Shown piece by piece: positions 38,179-48,131 of a stretch of DNA of 48,131 bases. Position 1 is the stretch's first letter; each line of letters begins with the position of its first letter. Made by a program: the position numbers and the translations under genes. The stretch is from Gemmatimonadaceae bacterium (GTDB taxonomy: Bacteria; Gemmatimonadota; Gemmatimonadetes; Gemmatimonadales; Gemmatimonadaceae), in assembly GCA_044224875.1 (NCBI GenBank), contig JBGAJQ010000042.1:1-48131 (forward strand), in the 5' to 3' direction. The notes under the pieces are model-generated. The model was not told the DNA's origin. It did not search any database and saw nothing but the letters and a program-made list of their open reading frames with translations.

Positions 38179-39889
38179 CTTCATCGCCCTCGCCACGCTG
38201 GTAGCGACGGTACACGCGCCGCTTCCAGCCCAGACGGTGCAGGGCACGCCGCCGAGTCCCGGCGCCGCGGCCCTGTCGCGGGCGTTGGACCTGGAGAGTG
38301 CCGGCAAGCTGCGCGAGTCCATCGCCGCCTACCGTGAGGCGATGTCCGACCCGGAGCAGCTGGTGGCTGCGGTCCTGGGGCTCGAACGAGGCTTCTCTCA
38401 GCTGGGTCGCCCCGACTCACTGCTCCCCCTGCTGGACACGCTGTTGGCGCGTCGGCCCACGCAACCCACGCTGCGGACGGTGCAGCTGAGGACTCTCGTG
38501 ACGGTGAGACGCGATGACGAGGCGCGGAAGGCGTTTGACCACTGGGTGGCTGTGGCGCCGCGCGACGCCACGCCCTATCGCGAATACGCCCGCTTATTGC
38601 TGGACGAACAGCGAACACTCGCCGCCGACACCGTCTTGCAAGAGGCCACGAAGTGGCTCGGTTCGACGCGCGACTTCGCCGCCGAGCTGGCGCAGCTGCG
38701 GGCCGCCCTGGGGCTTTGGCGCGCGTCGGCCAAGAGCTGGCGCGAGGCGCTGATTCTGTCGCCGTACCTCGACCAAGCCGCGGTGTTCTCGTTGACGACG
38801 ACGCCGGCCGCGTCGCGCGACTCCGTCCTGGGAGAGCTGGCGGCGGCACCGGTGGAGCTACTGCCGCGAAAGGTTGAAGCTGGGCTACTTCTCCGCTGGC
38901 GCCAGCCGCGCGCGGCATGGAACGCGCTCGCCGAAGTACCCAAGAGTGATTCCTCGCTCCAGGCCTGGGTGGATTTCGGCTCCGATGCCGAGTCGAATGA
39001 AGAATGGCTCACGGCGCGCGACGTCTTCGCGGGCGCGGTGAGTCGAGGTGCCCCCCGCACGTACGCGTTGCGTGGTGCGCAGGCGGCGCTGCAGGGCGGG
39101 GAGCCGGCGTCCACGCTCACCTTGTTGGCCCTGCTTGGCCCGTCGTTAGGCGACTCCCTGGTCGGGAGTGTGACGCTGCTGCGGGTGCGCGCGCTCGGGC
39201 AATTGGCGCGCCCAGCCGAGGCGGTGCAGGCCATGGCCGATGCGGGCACGCGTCTGGATCCCGAGGCACGCAACCAGGCGATGCGCGCGATCGCGTGGGG
39301 ATGGGTGCGGGTCGGCGACCTGACGAAGGCCACTGAGGCGCTGGCACAGGCTGGCGGCGATGAAGAGGAACGTGCCACGTCATGGATTGCCCTGTATCAG
39401 GGCGATCTCAAGAAGGCTCGTGCGGGGCTCCGACGCACGGACGAAACCACGCAGGATGCGGTGCTGGCCATGTCGTTCCTGTCTCGGACGCGGGCGGACT
39501 CCTCTCGATTGGCGGGACAGGCGTTCCTCTCGCTGGCGCGGGGTGACAGCGCGTCAGCCGCTCGTCAGTTCGAACGATTGGCCGACGAAGTGAAGGACGC
39601 CGCACCGCTCGCGTTGAGCGTGGCGGGCCGGCTTTTTGCCGCCGCGCGCGATACGGCGAAGAGTGTCGCGATCTGGGAGTCGGTGATTCGCACGTATGCG
39701 GATGCGCCCGAGGCCGCGGAAGCGGAACTGGCCTGGTCACGCGTGTTGCGTCAGCGAGGCGACCAGCCGGGGGCGGTGAGCCACCTGGAGCACCTGATTC
39801 TCACGTGGCCGCAGAGTGCCCTCGTACCGCAAGCACGCCGCGAGCTTGAACTCGCGCGGAAACGCGACAGCACCGGGGATCGGTCATGA
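38162..39889 (+). CDS. Secreted tetratricopeptide-repeat protein
   Basis: Signal peptide; helical repeats; C-terminal YADAPEAAEAEL..LEHLILTWPQSALVPQARREL (BamD/YbgF-like TPR end). Confidence 0.8.
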   Translation: MRSARSFIALATLVATVHAPLPAQTVQGTPPSPGAAALSRALDLESAGKLRESIAAYREAMSDPEQLVAAVLGLERGFSQLGRPDSLLPLLDTLLARRPTQPTLRTVQLRTLVTVRRDDEARKAFDHWVAVAPRDATPYREYARLLLDEQRTLAADTVLQEATKWLGSTRDFAAELAQLRAALGLWRASAKSWREALILSPYLDQAAVFSLTTTPAASRDSVLGELAAAPVELLPRKVEAGLLLRWRQPRAAWNALAEVPKSDSSLQAWVDFGSDAESNEEWLTARDVFAGAVSRGAPRTYALRGAQAALQGGEPASTLTLLALLGPSLGDSLVGSVTLLRVRALGQLARPAEAVQAMADAGTRLDPEARNQAMRAIAWGWVRVGDLTKATEALAQAGGDEEERATSWIALYQGDLKKARAGLRRTDETTQDAVLAMSFLSRTRADSSRLAGQAFLSLARGDSASAARQFERLADEVKDAAPLALSVAGRLFAAARDTAKSVAIWESVIRTYADAPEAAEAELAWSRVLRQRGDQPGAVSHLEHLILTWPQSALVPQARRELELARKRDSTGDRS

Positions 39890-41301
39890 CGGTGAATGAC
39901 GGTCCGACGGCGATGCGGCCTGCGCCGCGAGGCCGGGGGGCCCCCCCCGCTACACCTATACATCCATTTTCTCTCGCCAGCAGCACCTTTTCATTGCGAC
40001 TCCCATCCTTTCTTCGCCACCATCGTCGCGCCGCGCACCCACGAGCCTGCGCCGCCATCGCCGCGACCTCTCTCCTGCTCGCGGCCGCGCCCCTGACGGC
40101 GCAAAGCCTGCTCGTGCCCATGGACGATGCGCAGACGAATCACCTCAAGGCGTACGGACTCGTCTTCAACACGCTCAAGGACGGTCGCAAGGCCGAGTGG
40201 TTCCTGAACTATCGCGGCGGCTCCTTTCTCCTGCCCGACGCGTCTGATATCCGGAAGCGCGCCACGCTCGACGGCATTGCCTTCGAGGCGCTCGACGCCG
40301 GCGCGTTAGGCAGCATTCGCACCGAAATGCAGGGCGCGAACATGGACGCCATCGCCCTGGAGCGCGCCCCAAAGATCGCGATCTACAAACCCGCCAAGTC
40401 GCCGCCCTGGGACGACGCGGTCACCCTCGCACTTCAATACGCGGGCATCGAGTTCACCTCGGTCTTCGACGAAGAGGTCATGAACGGCGACCTCTCCAAG
40501 TATGACTGGTTGCATCTGCACCATGAGGATTTCACCGGACAGCTGAACAAGCTGTACCTCGGCTTCCGCGACGCGCCGTGGTTCATCGAGCAACGCGATC
40601 GCTCCCTGCTGACCGCCAAGAAGCTCGGGTACGCCTCAATCCCCGCCCTCAAGAAGGCGGTCTCCGAGAAGATCCGGCAGTTTGTGGAACGCGGAGGATT
40701 CCTCTTCGCCATGTGTGGCGCCACCGAGACGCTCGCCTTGGCCATCGCATCCGATAAGACAGACATCGCCTCCTCGTTCGCCGATGGCACGCCGATGGAC
40801 GAGAATGCCGATGCCCGCCTCGATTGGGACCGCTCGCTGGCCTTTCAGAACGTGCACCTCGAGCAGTCGGCGTTTGTGAACTCCATGAGCGACATCGACG
40901 GCCATCAGGTGAACGTTCCGGGGCGCCGCCAGCCACTCGGCCAGTTCACGCTCTTCTCCTTCTCGGCCAAGTTCGATCCTGTGGCGTCCATGCTCATCCA
41001 GAACCATCGCACCGTCATTCCCGACTTCTACGGAGTCACCACGAGCTTCACGCGTGCCACGCTCAAACAGGGCGACACCATCCTGGCCAGCGAGGAAGGA
41101 GCTCCTTGGGTGAAGTACATCCACGGGGACTACGGCAAGGGCTCCTGGACCTTCCTCGGCGGGCATGATCCCGAGGACCCGCAGCACAATATCGGGGCGG
41201 CCCCAACCGACCTGGCGCTGCATCCGACATCGCCCGGATATCGGCTCATTCTGAACAACGTCCTCTTTCCCGCCGCGAAGAAGAAGCCGCTCAAGACGTA
41301 G
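39886..41301 (+). CDS. Conserved secreted protein of the family often mislabelled 'asparagine synthetase B' (GATase1-like fold, inferred)
   Basis: LLVPMD..QTNHLKAYG, WFLNYRGGSF, PWDDAVTL, DWLHLHHEDFTGQ, FAMCGATET, GGHDPED, SPGYRLILNNVLFPAAKKK. The true start may be further downstream. Confidence 0.8.
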   Translation: MTVNDGPTAMRPAPRGRGAPPATPIHPFSLASSTFSLRLPSFLRHHRRAAHPRACAAIAATSLLLAAAPLTAQSLLVPMDDAQTNHLKAYGLVFNTLKDGRKAEWFLNYRGGSFLLPDASDIRKRATLDGIAFEALDAGALGSIRTEMQGANMDAIALERAPKIAIYKPAKSPPWDDAVTLALQYAGIEFTSVFDEEVMNGDLSKYDWLHLHHEDFTGQLNKLYLGFRDAPWFIEQRDRSLLTAKKLGYASIPALKKAVSEKIRQFVERGGFLFAMCGATETLALAIASDKTDIASSFADGTPMDENADARLDWDRSLAFQNVHLEQSAFVNSMSDIDGHQVNVPGRRQPLGQFTLFSFSAKFDPVASMLIQNHRTVIPDFYGVTTSFTRATLKQGDTILASEEGAPWVKYIHGDYGKGSWTFLGGHDPEDPQHNIGAAPTDLALHPTSPGYRLILNNVLFPAAKKKPLKT

Positions 41302-41400
41302 TCTCCGCGCGCGACCTCGCACGCGGTTCTCTTTTCCGCGAACGAATCGGCGCGTTTTCGTGGGCACTCCCGCTGGTCGTTTTCGCTCGGCCATCTTTCG

Positions 41401-43902
<2,502 letters not shown>

Positions 43903-44039
43903 GTCTTGCCGTGACCTCGGCGGACACCTCGAGGGTGTCCACGGTTACCTCTCACGTGGGGTGTACTTCACTTGGCGACCTCACCACCGCACTTTTTCGG
44001 AGTCGCGTCGTCCACCGCTCCCGCCTTTCCACAACTGCC

Positions 44040-44651
44040 ATGATCCCAACGCCCAGCAAGATCGTCTGTGTAGGCCGCAACTACGTCGAGCACGCCAAAG
44101 AGTTGGGAAACGACGTGCCTGTTGAGCCACTCATCTTCCTCAAGCCGCCGTCCAGCGTCATCCGGTCTGGGGAGCAGATCGTGCTGCCCAAAGCGTTCTC
44201 GTCGCACGTGGAGTTCGAGGGAGAGGTTGGCTTGGTCATCGGGTCCACGCTCAAGAACGCTTCCGAGTCCGAGGCCGTACTGGGAATAGCGGGTGTTGTC
44301 GCGATAAACGATGTCACGGCGCGAGACCTGCAAAAGAAGGACTCACAATGGACCCGCGCCAAGGGCTTTGACACCTTTTGTTGTGTGGGCAATGTTCGGG
44401 AGGGAGCGTTCGATCCTCGTGCGGTGGAAGTCGTTACGCGAGTCAACGGTCAAGAGCGGCAACACGCTTTCAGTTCGGAGATGGTGTTCTCCATCCCCTT
44501 CCTGGTGTCGTACATCTCGCGAATCATGACCTTGGTTCCCGGCGATCTCATCGCGACCGGGACACCGGCAGGGGTGGGTCGATTAGCTTCCGGAGACGAG
44601 GTGGAAGTCGAGCTCGTAGGAATCAGCCGGGTGGTGAACAGGGTTCAGTGA
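44040..44651 (+). CDS. Fumarylacetoacetate hydrolase family protein
   Basis: KIVCVGRNYVEH, IFLKP, VEFEGE, NDVTARDLQ, AKGFDTF, GDLIATGTPAGVG; start placed at ATG 44040. Confidence 0.93.
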   Translation: MIPTPSKIVCVGRNYVEHAKELGNDVPVEPLIFLKPPSSVIRSGEQIVLPKAFSSHVEFEGEVGLVIGSTLKNASESEAVLGIAGVVAINDVTARDLQKKDSQWTRAKGFDTFCCVGNVREGAFDPRAVEVVTRVNGQERQHAFSSEMVFSIPFLVSYISRIMTLVPGDLIATGTPAGVGRLASGDEVEVELVGISRVVNRVQ

Positions 44652-44747
44652 GTTCCCGGTGTCCCTTGATATGGTATGGTCGAGCCAAGTCTTTGGGAAT
44701 TCGTAGGTTCGAGGAAACCTCGGAGGCCCCATGGGTACTCCAAGTAG

Positions 44748-45728
44748 GTGGACGTTGAGCGGCCAACGCGCAACCGGAGTGCGATGATTCAGCAGCTGAA
44801 GCGGTCGACGGAGGCGATCCGGGAGGCTCGCGCGCGTGAAGAGCGCCGCCAGCCGCTGAACACGCTGACGTCCGTGCTCCTGCACATCGTGCTGGCCGTA
44901 GTGTTTTGGAACGCACTGAAGCTCCCGGCGGCATTCGAGCGAATGTTCCTGAACAACACCTCCTCCGCGGTACGTCCCAAGACGGAGCGGCTGACGTATG
45001 TGACGGTTCCATCGCGCACGGGTGGTCCCGTCAGCCAGAACGCCGCTCCGAGTCCCACCGTCACGACGCCTCCGCCTCAGCCGTCAGCTCCACCGCTCGT
45101 GGCGCCTCGCGAGGTACCGGCCACCCTACCGCCGGTGACGCGTGGACCGGCCATCACCGCGCCCCCTGGCCCTGCGAGTGGCCCCTTGGTGACCGGGCGC
45201 GGAGTCACCGCCGGCGTGCAACCGTCGTATCAGGACCCGCGCATCTGGAGCGCTACCGAGGGGCCGCTGGTGAACGCACCCAAGACCAGCGAGGAGCGGT
45301 TGGATTCCGCAGTGGTGGCCAGCGTGAAGAAGTTCCAGGACTCGGTGGCGATTGCCACCCACCAGCCCAACAAGTTCGAGCGCGGAGACTGGACCGTCGA
45401 GAAGAACGGGAAGAAGTACGGCATCGACCAGCAGTACATACGCCTCGGCAAGTTCTCCATCCCAACGCCGCTCCTGGCGCTGCTGCCGTTCAACCGCGTG
45501 CAGTCGAATCCGATCGCCGCGGAGGAATCACGCCGGCAACTGGCGATGCGCGCCGACATCATGGAGCACGCGCAGGCGGCGATGAACGAAGAAGAGTTCC
45601 GGCGCGCCGTGAAGGCGATACGCGAGCGCAAGGAACGCGAGAAGAAGAATCTGGCGGAGCCGGTGGCGGTGGTGCGGCGTCGAACGGATCGCGGGGTGAT
45701 CGCCCCGAGTGAGCGTCCGCCGCAGTAG
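44748..45728 (+). CDS. Single-TM, proline-rich periplasmic hypothetical protein
   Basis: TM LTSVLLHIVLAVVFW (SxxxH, TonB-like anchor), Pro-rich spacer, C-domain GDWTVEKNGKKYGID..IRLGKFSIP. The start may be ATG 44783. Confidence 0.7.
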   Translation: MDVERPTRNRSAMIQQLKRSTEAIREARAREERRQPLNTLTSVLLHIVLAVVFWNALKLPAAFERMFLNNTSSAVRPKTERLTYVTVPSRTGGPVSQNAAPSPTVTTPPPQPSAPPLVAPREVPATLPPVTRGPAITAPPGPASGPLVTGRGVTAGVQPSYQDPRIWSATEGPLVNAPKTSEERLDSAVVASVKKFQDSVAIATHQPNKFERGDWTVEKNGKKYGIDQQYIRLGKFSIPTPLLALLPFNRVQSNPIAAEESRRQLAMRADIMEHAQAAMNEEEFRRAVKAIRERKEREKKNLAEPVAVVRRRTDRGVIAPSERPPQ

Positions 45729-45781
45729 TCGAGCTGCGTCAATCCAGGTGTCGAAGCGGGCCCTTCCATGAGGTGGGTCGA

Positions 45782-46435
45782 CTACGGATCGCTTCCCTCG
45801 CCCTCGTCGTCCAGCTCGTCATAGACGTACGCCCGCAGCACGCCCGACACCACCCCCAGCACCGTGTAGTCATCCTTCGGGCCTAACGCGACCTCTTTCA
45901 CCACCCCATGCGGTCCCGAGAGAAGTAGCGTTGCTCCGCGGTGGTTGAGTAGCCGAAAGACCAGGGACTCCCCCGCGCGCACCGCCACGAGGTCGCCATC
46001 CTTCGCTCGCGCCGAGGGGTCCAACAACACCAGGTCATTTCGCATGATGCCCTGCGATTGCAGCAGGTCGTCCGGTGCGCGCAGGTACAACGCCTCGTCG
46101 CTGGGCAGCAGGTCGCGATCACTGGTCACATACCGCGACCGGTTCTCGTCGACGAAATATGGGTCGGTGCGGGCGATGCGTTCATACACAGGCACCGGCT
46201 GCGTGCGACCAATGCTCGAGTAGCCCACCAACCTCACCCCGCGCGACCGCCCCTCCGGACGCTGCACAAATCCCTTCTGAGCCAGTGACTCGATGATCTC
46301 GGCGACGCTCTTGGTGGAAGGAATGCGAAAACGGCGGGCAATCTCGCGCACACTCGGCTGATACGTGTGCTCGGCGAGATAGTCGATGAGGTAGTGATAG
46401 ACGCGCCGTTCGATCGGCGTGAGCGGGTCGTTCAT
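45782..46435 (-). CDS. lexA: LexA-family repressor with a degenerate S24 peptidase domain
   Basis: LTPIERRVY..QPSVREIA..F...S..SV..I..L..KGF..R....SRGVRL winged helix; the S24-like C-domain lacks the Ala-Gly site, Ser and Lys; start ATG 46435. Confidence 0.85.
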   Translation of the reverse strand: MNDPLTPIERRVYHYLIDYLAEHTYQPSVREIARRFRIPSTKSVAEIIESLAQKGFVQRPEGRSRGVRLVGYSSIGRTQPVPVYERIARTDPYFVDENRSRYVTSDRDLLPSDEALYLRAPDDLLQSQGIMRNDLVLLDPSARAKDGDLVAVRAGESLVFRLLNHRGATLLLSGPHGVVKEVALGPKDDYTVLGVVSGVLRAYVYDELDDEGEGSDP

Positions 46436-46523
46436 GAGGTAGATCGCGTCGGCGTGAACTGGCGCGGCGACGCGGGCATGGCGCCCCACCTCGCGGCAAG
46501 CACCTGGCGCGGCAAGCCCCCGG

Positions 46524-47972
46524 TCAATGTGCCCCTGGCGGCGATGCCAGAAATGCGATCGCCCGGCCGATGCGCGCCTGGGTGCGTTCACGCCCTAGCA
46601 GCAGCAACACGTCGAACATCCCGGGACTGGCGGCCGAACCGACTAGGGCCACGCGCAGGGGCTGGAGCAGCTTGCCCGCGCCGACACCTAACGATTCCGC
46701 CAGTCCGCGCATCTCCCCTTCCATGGTTTCGGCGTCCCACGCCACACGTGTGAGGCGATCGCCCGCCGCTGACAGCAGGCGGGAAGCCTCGGCCCGGTCC
46801 TTCCACTGCTTGGCCACGGCGTCCGGGTCGTATTCGAACTCGTCCACGAGGTATGGGCGTGCCTGCTTTACGATCTCGGTCGTGGTGCGACCGCGAATGC
46901 GCAACAGGTCGATCAGCCGCAACCACCAGTCCCGGCGGCTCGTCAGGTCGCTTGTCGTGGCGAGGTTTTCGGCCACCGCCAGCGGCGTCAGAAGTGGTTC
47001 GAGCTGCTCCGGCGTCATCATCGCCAGGTGCTGGCCGTTCATCCACTCGAGCTTCTTCAAGTCAAACACGCCCGGCTTCTTGAGCAAGCCATCGGTGGTG
47101 TACAAGGAGATGAGTTCGTCTCTTGTCATCACTTCGCGGTCGCCGCCCGGCGACCAGCCAAGCAGGGCCAGGAAGTTGACCATCGCTGCCGGCAGGATGC
47201 CTTCGTGTTGATAGTCCCCGACCGCCGTGGCTCCATGGCGCTTGGAGAGCTTCTTCCCATCGGACCCCAGGATGTTCGGCAGGTGAGCGAACACCGGCAG
47301 AGTGGCACCCAGCGCATCGTACAGCAGGATCTGCTTGGGGGTGTTCGAGATGTGGTCCTCGCCCCGCATAACGATCGTAATCCCCTGGGCGATGTCGTCC
47401 GAGACCACGGCCAGGTTGTAGATCGGCGTGCCGTCCGATCGCAGGATTACCAGGTCGTCGATGTCCGTGTTCGGGAACGAGATCGTGCCCCGCACCAAGT
47501 CGTCCCACGCCGTCGTACCCGCGGGCACGCGAAACCGGATCGTGAATGGCGCGCCAGCAGCAACGCGCCGTTCGACCTCGTCAGGCGGCAGTCTGTCGCA
47601 ACGCCGGTCGTACACGAACGCCGACCCAGCCTTTTCAGCGGCCTTGCGTCGCTCATCGAGTTCGGCGGCGGTACAGAAGCAGCGGTACGCCTTGTTCTCG
47701 GCGAGGAGTCTCCGCGCGTCGCGCTGGTGCCGCTCGACATTCGCGCCCTGGTAGACGACGTCCTCATCCCAGTTGAGGCCCAACCACTCGAGCCCTTCGA
47801 AGATCGCCCGTGTGCTCTCGTCCGTGCTGCGCGCCTTGTCCGTATCCTCGATGCGCAGCAAGAACTGTCCGCCGTAATGCCTGACGAAGAGCCAGTTGAA
47901 GAGCGCCGTGCGCGCGCCGCCGACGTGGAGGTAGCCGGTGGGTGAGGGCGCGAAACGCAGGCGGTGGGTCAT
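46524..47972 (-). CDS. gltX: Glutamate--tRNA ligase
   Basis: RFAPSPTGYLHVGGAR (HIGH-like), RIEDTD, RGEDH, KLSKR, PLRVALVG...SPG. Confidence 0.97.
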   Translation of the reverse strand: MTHRLRFAPSPTGYLHVGGARTALFNWLFVRHYGGQFLLRIEDTDKARSTDESTRAIFEGLEWLGLNWDEDVVYQGANVERHQRDARRLLAENKAYRCFCTAAELDERRKAAEKAGSAFVYDRRCDRLPPDEVERRVAAGAPFTIRFRVPAGTTAWDDLVRGTISFPNTDIDDLVILRSDGTPIYNLAVVSDDIAQGITIVMRGEDHISNTPKQILLYDALGATLPVFAHLPNILGSDGKKLSKRHGATAVGDYQHEGILPAAMVNFLALLGWSPGGDREVMTRDELISLYTTDGLLKKPGVFDLKKLEWMNGQHLAMMTPEQLEPLLTPLAVAENLATTSDLTSRRDWWLRLIDLLRIRGRTTTEIVKQARPYLVDEFEYDPDAVAKQWKDRAEASRLLSAAGDRLTRVAWDAETMEGEMRGLAESLGVGAGKLLQPLRVALVGSAASPGMFDVLLLLGRERTQARIGRAIAFLASPPGAH

Positions 47973-48016
47973 GAGCGGGCGAGCGTGGTTCTACTTGTGT
48001 TGGTGTGTGGAAAACA

Positions 48017-48070
48017 CAACGGGAGACCTGGAGTGAGGGAGGGGCACTCCCCGCTTCATGTCTCCCGTTG
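48017..48070 (-). terminator. Long hairpin between tRNA-Ser and gltX (probable terminator or processing structure)
   Basis: 11-bp outer stem caacgggagac / gtctcccgttg plus an imperfect inner stem, followed by tgtttt on the minus strand. Confidence 0.65.
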
Positions 48071-48081
48071 CGCGTTTGGAG

Positions 48082-48131
48082 CGGAGACGGAGGGATTCGA
48101 ACCCTCGATACAGGTTTAAGCCCGTATAACG
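48082..48131 (-). tRNA. tRNA-Ser, 3' part only (anticodon outside the window)
   Basis: Long variable arm (atacggg cttaaa cctgtat), T-arm GAGGG-TTCGAAT-CCCTC, acceptor 3' strand cgtctcc with G discriminator. Confidence 0.85.

Noticed and set aside
39935..39948. G6C8 homopolymer as a phase-variation tract
   Set aside because: The tract is short for a GC-rich genome and lies in a probably dispensable N-terminal extension, and the frame is intact.

Overview
This GC-rich bacterial chromosomal segment (about 65-67% GC by eye) is mostly core genome. Gene order and protein style suggest Gemmatimonadota, which is an inference. Left to right it holds: a 5'-truncated BNR/VPS10-type glycoside-hydrolase-like gene, a Uma2 nuclease, an ABC exporter and a secreted hypothetical protein. 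Next is a tightly coupled minus-strand run: SPOR lipoprotein, MinD-like/TM/SPOR protein, smc, FlgD-Ig protein, RNase Z-like MBL hydrolase, aroF and lolA. Then come a peptidase/PD40/Omp85 outer-membrane protein, rsfS, and the rpsF-rpsR-DUF2232-rplI operon with an S6:S18-type leader and a downstream structured-RNA candidate. After SRAP is the ispE-tRNA-Gln-prs-rplY-pth-ychF cluster, interrupted by a four-helix-bundle gene. The rest is a triple-HPt protein, pdxJ, mce, trxA, rsmI, a DUF4159-DUF4175-TPR-'AsnB-like' operon, a JAB-DinG fusion, an FAH-family gene, a LexA lacking its autocleavage residues, gltX and a partial tRNA-Ser. No CRISPR array, transposase, integrase or prophage is visible. The most striking unexplained signal is a dispersed non-palindromic motif, CGTTAGGY/RCCTAACG. 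I counted 23 exact 7-mer copies by eye, on both strands and in several codon frames, often via rare codons. Three genes (RNase Z-like, pth, DUF4175) carry indels that look like sequencing or assembly errors.
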